A DNA stretch of 64,000 bases. Source: an uncultured bacterium. Lineage in GTDB: Bacteria; Fidelibacterota; Marinisomatia; SCGC-AAA003-L08; GCA-2689995. The number at the start of each line of letters is the position of its first letter. Position 1 is the first letter of the stretch. Shown piece by piece: positions 57,190-64,000 of the stretch. A program made the position numbers and the translations under genes. The notes beneath the pieces are model-generated. The model did not search any database, was not told the origin of the DNA, and saw only the letters and a list, made by a program, of their open reading frames with translations. The DNA is taken from NCBI GenBank assembly GCA_964529325.1, contig CAZGWH010000001.1, positions 2,872 through 66,871 on the forward strand. The letters run 5' to 3'.

Positions 57190-59771
57190 TTTAAAATTTC
57201 AATCAATTTAATTCGTCCAAATTCCAATGTATCATCTAATAAATTAAGATCTTTTCCTCCAGCTGTTGCTAAATTAGGTTTACCACCTCCACCTCCACCC
57301 ATTCTTGTTCCAAGCTCTCTAACAATATTACCTGCATGGATCCTACCTAGAAGATCAGAAGTTACTCCACAAAAGACAAGTGGTTTATTATTCAATTTTA
57401 ACCCTAATAAAATTGCTGTATTTTTAACACATTTATCTAAAACTTGAGCCCCAAATTCTTTTAAATCTGAAATATTTTCCACCATAGAAAAAATTAATTT
57501 ATTTCCATTAATTTCAACCGCATTACTTAATAAATCAGAAATTAATTCAACTTGGTTTTTCTTATTAATTTGATTTAATTCTTTTTCCAAAAATTTAATT
57601 TTATTTTTCAAATCATCAATATGATTAATAACCTTATCATTTGATGTATTTAAAACTGATGAAATTTCATCTAAAATTTGATCATTAATTACGACTCTAT
57701 CTATTGCATTTTTTCCAGTAATAGCTTCAATTCTTCTAATACCTGAAGCAAGAGACGATTCTGATATTATTTTAAATAGACCAATATCTCCAGTTCTATT
57801 AACATGCGTTCCACCACATAATTCTTTTGAATACCCTGGCACATCTACTACGCGAACAAAATCACCATATTTTTCACCAAAAAGTGCTTCGGCTCCACCA
57901 TTTTTTGCATCATCAAATGAAGTTTCAAGTATATTCAATTTTATATTTTGTAAAATAATTGAATTAACATCTTTTTCAATCTTTATTAAATCATTTTTTG
58001 AAATTTTTTCATAATGGGTCAAGTCAAATCTCAATTTTTCTGGTGAAACTAATGATCCAGCTTGATTCACATGATCGCCTAAATTTGTTTTAAGTGCTTT
58101 ATGCAATAAATGTGTTGCCGTATGGTTATGTTCAGTTGACTGTCTTAAACTTAAATCTATTTCTGCAGTTACCTTAAAATCATCTGAGAGTTTTCCATTT
58201 ATAAAACTCCCATAATGAATAATATCATCACCTAATTTTTGAGTATTTTGAACATTAAATGTAAAATCATTATTATAAATTTTACCTCTATCACCAACTT
58301 GTCCACCTGATTCAGCATAAAAGGGTGTATTATTTAATACAATTTCAGATTCATTTTTATTAATTCTATATTTAATAATTCTACTTACTGAACTATTTTC
58401 AGAATAACCAATAAAATTACTTTTAATTAACCCTTCAATCTGAACCCACTGATTTTCATTTACTTTTACCCCAAATTTTCCTGCTTCTCTTGCTCGTGTT
58501 CTTTGTTGCTCCATACATTCATTAAACATTGATATATCAACAGATAAATTTCTCTCCCGAGCTAATAATTCTGTTAAATCTAATGGAAACCCATAAGTAT
58601 CATATAATTTAAAAGCATCTTCTCCTGATATTAAATTATCATCTAATGTGTTACACATATTTTCAAAAATTTCTAAACCTTTATCCAAGGTTTTATTAAA
58701 TGATTTTTCTTCAGCTAAAATTACTTTTTTAACATGGCTTTGTTTTTCATTAATTTCAGGAAATGCATCTTTCATTTGTTTAACTAAAACATCTACTAAT
58801 GAATGTAGAAATGGATTATTTAAACCTAATGACCGTCCAAATTTCAATGCTCTTCTTAAGATTCGTCTTACAACATATCCACGACCTTCATTCCCAGGCA
58901 TTATACCATCTGCAATTGAAAAGCTTATCATTCTTAAATGATCTGCAATTACCCGATGAGGAATACCACCCTCAAATTGAGATGATTTACCACTAATTTT
59001 CTCAACAGCTTTAATTATTGGTTGAAATAAATCCGTATCATAATTTGATTCATGTCCATTTATAATTGCAGTTATTCGTTCTAAGCCCATACCAGTATCA
59101 ACATGAGTTGAAGGTAAATTTTCGAGAGATTGATCCAACTTTCTATTATATTGAATAAAAACTAAATTCCAAATTTCTCTGTATTCAGGCAAAACATTCA
59201 CACCACTCGAAGTTTGATTTTTGGGTTCGTCACCTGTATAATAATGAATTTCAGTACATGGTCCACATGGTCCTGTTTCACCCATTTCCCAGAAATTTTC
59301 TTTCTTATCAAACTTTAAAATTCGATTAGGATCTACATCTGTCACCTGTTTCCAAATTTCACCTGTTTCATCATCATCTTTATAAATTGAAACCCACAAT
59401 TTGGATTTATCAAGCTTCCACACTTCTGTTAATAATTCCCATGCCCACTTTATTGATTCATTTTTATAATAATTTCCAAATGACCAATTTCCCAACATTT
59501 CAAAAAAAGTATGATGATAATTATCGACGCCAACTTCTTCAAGATCATTATGCTTTCCACTGGCTCTAATACATTTCTGAGAATTTGCAACTCGGGTAAA
59601 TTTTGGCTTTTCTTGATCTAGAAATATGGGTTTAAATTGATTCATTCCCGCATTTGTAAATAATAATGTAGGATCATCTAAGGGAAAAACGGGAGAGCTC
59701 CGAACAAATTGATGTTCCTTAGATTTAAAAAAATCAATAAACTGTTGCCTAACTTTTGAAGATGAAATCAT
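57186..59771 (-). CDS. alaS: Alanine--tRNA ligase
   Basis: LLFTNAGMNQFK, FEMLGNWSFG, DTGMGLER, HNHTATHLLH, ELCGGTHV, GGGGGK. Confidence 0.98.
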   Translation of the reverse strand: MISSSKVRQQFIDFFKSKEHQFVRSSPVFPLDDPTLLFTNAGMNQFKPIFLDQEKPKFTRVANSQKCIRASGKHNDLEEVGVDNYHHTFFEMLGNWSFGNYYKNESIKWAWELLTEVWKLDKSKLWVSIYKDDDETGEIWKQVTDVDPNRILKFDKKENFWEMGETGPCGPCTEIHYYTGDEPKNQTSSGVNVLPEYREIWNLVFIQYNRKLDQSLENLPSTHVDTGMGLERITAIINGHESNYDTDLFQPIIKAVEKISGKSSQFEGGIPHRVIADHLRMISFSIADGIMPGNEGRGYVVRRILRRALKFGRSLGLNNPFLHSLVDVLVKQMKDAFPEINEKQSHVKKVILAEEKSFNKTLDKGLEIFENMCNTLDDNLISGEDAFKLYDTYGFPLDLTELLARERNLSVDISMFNECMEQQRTRAREAGKFGVKVNENQWVQIEGLIKSNFIGYSENSSVSRIIKYRINKNESEIVLNNTPFYAESGGQVGDRGKIYNNDFTFNVQNTQKLGDDIIHYGSFINGKLSDDFKVTAEIDLSLRQSTEHNHTATHLLHKALKTNLGDHVNQAGSLVSPEKLRFDLTHYEKISKNDLIKIEKDVNSIILQNIKLNILETSFDDAKNGGAEALFGEKYGDFVRVVDVPGYSKELCGGTHVNRTGDIGLFKIISESSLASGIRRIEAITGKNAIDRVVINDQILDEISSVLNTSNDKVINHIDDLKNKIKFLEKELNQINKKNQVELISDLLSNAVEINGNKLIFSMVENISDLKEFGAQVLDKCVKNTAILLGLKLNNKPLVFCGVTSDLLGRIHAGNIVRELGTRMGGGGGGKPNLATAGGKDLNLLDDTLEFGRIKLIEILK

Positions 59772-59774
59772 AAT

Positions 59775-61301
59775 TTAAAATGCAAACTGTGTTTCAACTA
59801 GAATTGTACTTATTGGCTCATAATCGACACCATTTTCAGACATAACATATGTAGTCGTAGATTTATATTGAATTATCATATCTTGTGAGACTTGAAAGCC
59901 AATAACAAATCCATAAAGTGATGTTTCAGTAAATTCAAAATCAAATGGATTTGGTACATTTTTTTGTTGATAAAAGGCTTCTGCCTTTTTTAAACGAGGA
60001 ATTAAATTCTCTTTTAAGGATAATATGGTTATAAACGAATTATTATTTTGTGTTTCAAATTCATCCAATTCAAAATTCTTTACCTCACCATTCATAAAAG
60101 TATAAGAAGTAGTTAAAAATAATAGATTTGCAATGTTCCCCGTTAGTTGAGAATAAACACCATTCATTTCACCATAATTAATTAACGAATTTTCTTTTGT
60201 TACAATTTTATCTTCATCTTCAATAAATTCAGAGGAATTAAATGACACTGTTGCACGATTAATTTCATACGATCTATCCCAATAATTATATAAGAAATAT
60301 CTTGTACTATAACGGTATTCAGCTAAAAACTGAAAAGAACCGAGTTTATACGATAATCCAATCGGTACAAGTCCTAGTCCTGGTGAATAATCAATTTCTC
60401 CATCTGTTCCAAACAAATCTAATTCACTTGAAATTAATGTACCTGCCTGTGAATATAATTTTAATTTTTCATTTAAATTATAATTTAAGTCAAAACTAAA
60501 TCCAATAACATCATTTGATTCATTTGTCGCTGGATTATATGAATTATGATTTAGTGGTAAAGATTCAAACCAATCATTAAAGGATATGTCATTTGAGTTG
60601 ATGTAACTTTCATATATAACCTGCCATTCATCTTGTTCTTCAAGTGCTTCGTCCCATTTATATGAATCATCAGGGAAATGGTCATAAACATCAGGATAAT
60701 CGTCACCATCTTTATTAGATAATCCAGCAAATTGGTTTACATCTGTTGCAAAAGAAAGTCCCATATCTAAACCTGGAAGAATTTTATAATTTAATCTTGC
60801 ACCTACAAGTCCTGGTTCATATTTAAAATCACTAACTACAAATTCTAAACCTAGAGTACCAAAATCAGCACCAATATTTAAACCAAGTTTTCTATTTGAC
60901 GGGTATTCAAGTGCATTCGTGTAACCATTCACCAAAATACCATTCCCCAAAACAACATTTTCTAAATTTCCAAATGTAAAATAAAATGGGTCCTGGGTAT
61001 TTCCATATTTTATAAATCTAATTTTATCTAAAACCGTTCTTGCTCCTGATTCAAAATCTGAAAAGTCATAATCCTCAGTATGAATATCACCACTCGAGTT
61101 AATATTCAAATAAAAATCAAGACCAATTCCAAGTTTTCCAATTGGGATTACAGGTCGAAGTGCAATTTGGTTATAAATTTCACCATCTATAGTAATTGAG
61201 CCTAAACCTCCAGACAAACTCATTGTGGAATCCACATCCTGTGCGAAAATTGAAGCCAAAAATAAAAATGGAATATAAAATTTTCTAATCATTTTAAACA
61301 A
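59775..61301 (-). CDS. Exported protein, probable outer-membrane beta-barrel
   Basis: Signal peptide, amphipathic beta-strand patterns, terminal Phe (ILVETQFAF), acidic DGDDYPDVYDHFPDD loop. Confidence 0.65.
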   Translation of the reverse strand: MFKMIRKFYIPFLFLASIFAQDVDSTMSLSGGLGSITIDGEIYNQIALRPVIPIGKLGIGLDFYLNINSSGDIHTEDYDFSDFESGARTVLDKIRFIKYGNTQDPFYFTFGNLENVVLGNGILVNGYTNALEYPSNRKLGLNIGADFGTLGLEFVVSDFKYEPGLVGARLNYKILPGLDMGLSFATDVNQFAGLSNKDGDDYPDVYDHFPDDSYKWDEALEEQDEWQVIYESYINSNDISFNDWFESLPLNHNSYNPATNESNDVIGFSFDLNYNLNEKLKLYSQAGTLISSELDLFGTDGEIDYSPGLGLVPIGLSYKLGSFQFLAEYRYSTRYFLYNYWDRSYEINRATVSFNSSEFIEDEDKIVTKENSLINYGEMNGVYSQLTGNIANLLFLTTSYTFMNGEVKNFELDEFETQNNNSFITILSLKENLIPRLKKAEAFYQQKNVPNPFDFEFTETSLYGFVIGFQVSQDMIIQYKSTTTYVMSENGVDYEPISTILVETQFAF

Positions 61302-61505
61302 TTATACCTATATTAAAGATATAAAATTTAGACGCTTTCAAAGGCTTCAACCAAAGTTAAATTAATATTGTAATTAAATTTTTTATTCACTATTATTATT
61401 CAAAATATTCAAAAAATTTCTAATAGATAAATTTCCTTACAAAACATATTTTGATTTATAATTGATGAAAAGATTAAATTTCACATATAAAATATTAAGT
61501 AAAAA

Positions 61506-62408
61506 ATGATGATTATAAACAAAATTATTTTATTTTTAATTACAAAATTACCTAAATCATTTATTAAAATTTTTGCAAGTCGATATGTTGCTGGTGAATC
61601 TCAACTCGATGCAATTGAAACAGCTAAAAAATTAAATAAAAAAGGGTATTCTGTTACATTGGATATTTTAGGTGAACATACGAAAACAATTCAAGAAGCA
61701 AGGAATATCACTCAAGAATATGTTAAATTATTTAATTTAATTGAAAATCATAATATTGATGCAAATATTTCTATAAAACCTACTCATATTGGTTTAGATA
61801 TTTCTATTGAAGAATTTGAATCAAATTTATCAATATTATTAAATACAGCATCAAATACAAATAATTTCCTCAGAATTGATATGGAATCTTCTCTGATTAC
61901 TGACCAAACCATAAATACAACATTAAATTTTCAGAAAAATAATAAAAATTTAGGAACTGTAGTCCAAGCCTATCTATATCGTACAATGGATGACCTTGAC
62001 CTATTAAATAAATTTAATAATTTAAATCTTCGTTTATGCAAAGGAATTTATAAAGAATCTGAAAAAATTGCAATCCAATCTCGAAACCAAATTAATACTA
62101 ATTATTTAAAAATATTTGAAAAAATTATTCACCTTAAAGGGTTTGTCGGTATTGCAACACATGATCAAACATTAATTGAAGATATTTATAAACATATAAA
62201 CAATAATAGTATCGATAATAAACAATTTGAATTTCAAGCATTATATGGTGTTCCAATGGGTGGGTGGTTAGAAAAACATTTATCAAATAATTTTAAAACT
62301 CGTATTTATATTCCTTTTGGACCAAATTGGTATGATTATTCAATAAGACGATTAAAAGAAAACCCAAGCATTGTTAGCTATATTTTTAAAAATTTATTTA
62401 CCAATTAA
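61506..62408 (+). CDS. Monofunctional proline dehydrogenase
   Basis: RYVAGE, ISIKPT, LRIDME, LRLCKGIY, IATHD, RIYIPFG..WYDYSIRRLKE. Confidence 0.93.
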   Translation: MMIINKIILFLITKLPKSFIKIFASRYVAGESQLDAIETAKKLNKKGYSVTLDILGEHTKTIQEARNITQEYVKLFNLIENHNIDANISIKPTHIGLDISIEEFESNLSILLNTASNTNNFLRIDMESSLITDQTINTTLNFQKNNKNLGTVVQAYLYRTMDDLDLLNKFNNLNLRLCKGIYKESEKIAIQSRNQINTNYLKIFEKIIHLKGFVGIATHDQTLIEDIYKHINNNSIDNKQFEFQALYGVPMGGWLEKHLSNNFKTRIYIPFGPNWYDYSIRRLKENPSIVSYIFKNLFTN

Positions 62409-62641
62409 AGAAAAATCAATTTTAATTACGGATTTACTATCAGTAGATAATGATTGCTATGTTTTAATGAACCTCATAGAGAGAAGAAAAAAAGAATCAC
62501 CTTCCTTTGAACATTGTTTAAACTTCACACAAGAGACTCTTTACCTCATAAATAATTATTCTAAATTCTACATAAAAATAGTAATAAAATATGGTATTAA
62601 ATTTTCATCAAAATAAATAATTTACAGGACATATTTTTATA

Positions 62642-63814
62642 ATGGATAAAACTAACAGAGATAATCTGTTTCATAAATTAATATTTTTACTCACTATTTT
62701 TGGTATGCTTACAACAGTACATCTATATATAATGAATGACCGCGGTTTTGACCAAGGCTGTTTTGGTTTTGAAACCAATGCCCAAGTAGAAGATACTTTT
62801 GATTGTGAATCTGTACTAAAAGAAGGATTAACCATTTTAGGAATGTCAAATATTTTCTGGGGATTCCTTCATTATTCCATACTTATGCTCACAAGCTTAT
62901 TGCCAGTATTATTTTCGTTTAATTCTAAAAAATTAATGATAAAAGGGCGAAATTTTTTAATTGTTTTTGGATTTGTTTATTCAACATACCTCGCATATTT
63001 ACAGCACTTTGAATTAAATGAGTATTGTGCCCTCTGTTTGATTTCTGGCCTAATTAGTTTTATTTTATTTCTGTTATTATTTATTTCAAAATTCCATATA
63101 TCTCATCCTATACCAGATAATAAATTAAGATCAATATTTTTAAATATTTTAATTGGTGGACTCATTTTAGCTGGGGCAGACTATTATTATTTTAATAATC
63201 TTGATATAAAAACGAAAGTAAGTACCAAAAAAATAAATGATATAAGTGAATCAAACTCTAATTCAATTGAATGTGGGTATAATAATGATAAACCTTTTGT
63301 AAGAAATGTAGAGCATTTAATTACAGATGTGGATATAAAATATGGAAATCCAAATTCTAAAAATATATTAATTGAATTATTTGATCCAAATTGTACCCAT
63401 TGTAAAAAACTGCATGAAGAGATGAACAATATTATCGAAGAATATAAAGAAGATATTTTTATTGTGATAAAACCTAATCCATTATGGAATTATTCTCTTC
63501 AACAGATTCAAGCATTATTTATAGCAAATGATTTTGGATTATTTGAAGAAATGTTATCTGAACAGTTTAAAAGGCAAACACCTCGAAAAGGATTAAATTT
63601 AAATCAATTAAAAGAAATTGCTGATATAATTGGACTAGACTCTAAAATATTATTAAGCCGAATAAAAAAGAATGATTTTTTTAATCATATAAATCAAGAA
63701 AACCAAAAGGCAAGAAAAGCGGGAATTAAAAGTGCTCCAACTCTTATTCTAAATGGAAAAACAATTGCATCAAAAAGTAGAAATGTAGAATGTATTGGAG
63801 AGTTAATTAAATAA
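62642..63814 (+). CDS. VKOR-DsbA/thioredoxin fusion
   Basis: VKOR part with GC...CESV loop Cys and CALC redox motif in TMs; C-terminal DsbA-like domain with CTHC and cis-Pro (SAPT). Confidence 0.88.
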   Translation: MDKTNRDNLFHKLIFLLTIFGMLTTVHLYIMNDRGFDQGCFGFETNAQVEDTFDCESVLKEGLTILGMSNIFWGFLHYSILMLTSLLPVLFSFNSKKLMIKGRNFLIVFGFVYSTYLAYLQHFELNEYCALCLISGLISFILFLLLFISKFHISHPIPDNKLRSIFLNILIGGLILAGADYYYFNNLDIKTKVSTKKINDISESNSNSIECGYNNDKPFVRNVEHLITDVDIKYGNPNSKNILIELFDPNCTHCKKLHEEMNNIIEEYKEDIFIVIKPNPLWNYSLQQIQALFIANDFGLFEEMLSEQFKRQTPRKGLNLNQLKEIADIIGLDSKILLSRIKKNDFFNHINQENQKARKAGIKSAPTLILNGKTIASKSRNVECIGELIK

Positions 63815-64000
63815 TATTTGCTTCATAGCTGAATTATAAATCATTTGCCTTGCTTGATATATTCCTTTTTTCTCTCTAGTAGGATGAACACGGTTTGTTA
63901 ATAATACAATAATAATTTCTTCTTCAGGATCTGCCCAAACCGAAGTACCAGTAAACCCTAAATGACCAAACGATTTATCACCAAAATAATCACCTGCTGA
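63803..64000 (-). CDS. 3' end of a serine hydrolase (beta-lactamase family); runs off the right edge
   Basis: My translation: SFGHLGFTGTSVWADPEEEIIIVLLTNRVHP...ILFN*; not in the ORF track. Confidence 0.88.
   Translation of the reverse strand, partial: SAGDYFGDKSFGHLGFTGTSVWADPEEEIIIVLLTNRVHPTREKKGIYQARQMIYNSAMKQILFN

Noticed and set aside
57186-57300. Glycine riboswitch before gcvPB
   Set aside because: gcvPB overlaps the alaS stop; no leader space or aptamer motif
62371-62616. 81-aa plus-strand ORF between proline dehydrogenase and VKOR
   Set aside because: Overlaps the upstream stop, has no SD or motif and ends in AT-rich promoter-like sequence; cannot be supported as a gene
1-64000. CRISPR arrays, rRNA, IS elements, prophage or defence islands
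   Set aside because: No repeat-spacer arrays, rRNA-like segments, transposases, integrases or phage genes recognised; radC and dinG sit in housekeeping contexts

Overview
Very AT-rich, gene-dense bacterial chromosome segment with standard genetic code (TGA terminates nusA, dinG and the DUF296 gene in overlaps with the next start codon). Gene content and protein styles point to the FCB superphylum, most plausibly a marine Marinimicrobia/Marinisomatota-like organism (inference, not a database result). Left end: minus-strand nusA-infB-rbfA-truB-ribF-rpsO-pnp operon with no rimP, plus tRNA-Arg(CCT). Middle: lexA, K+ channel, cold-shock protein, tldD/tldE, radC, sdaA, yqgE, manC, a TetR cluster and an ArsR cluster, and seven secreted proteins carrying dockerin-like modules (C-terminal in six). 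Right: rpsT and a ~14.7 kb minus-strand run (OM protein-alaS-gcvPB-DUF296-ridA-DUF5683-purF-UbiA-like-ferredoxin-geranylgeranyl reductase-dinG-hutH), then proline dehydrogenase and a VKOR-DsbA fusion. No CRISPR array, rRNA, transposase or integrase was recognised. Best leads: (1) a lone flagellin with a MIDAS-bearing vWA domain in its hypervariable region, preceded by a sigma28-like promoter; (2) a non-cellulolytic dockerin-tagged secretome plus a Cys-rich protein with two cohesin-like repeats; (3) an archaeal-type GGR-ferredoxin-UbiA-like triad; (4) rbfA with no canonical start (probable AUU); (5) candidate new LexA, TetR and ArsR operators; (6) a 14-Cys membrane microprotein upstream of an ArsR. 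All family assignments are from motif recognition by eye and need HMM or structure confirmation.
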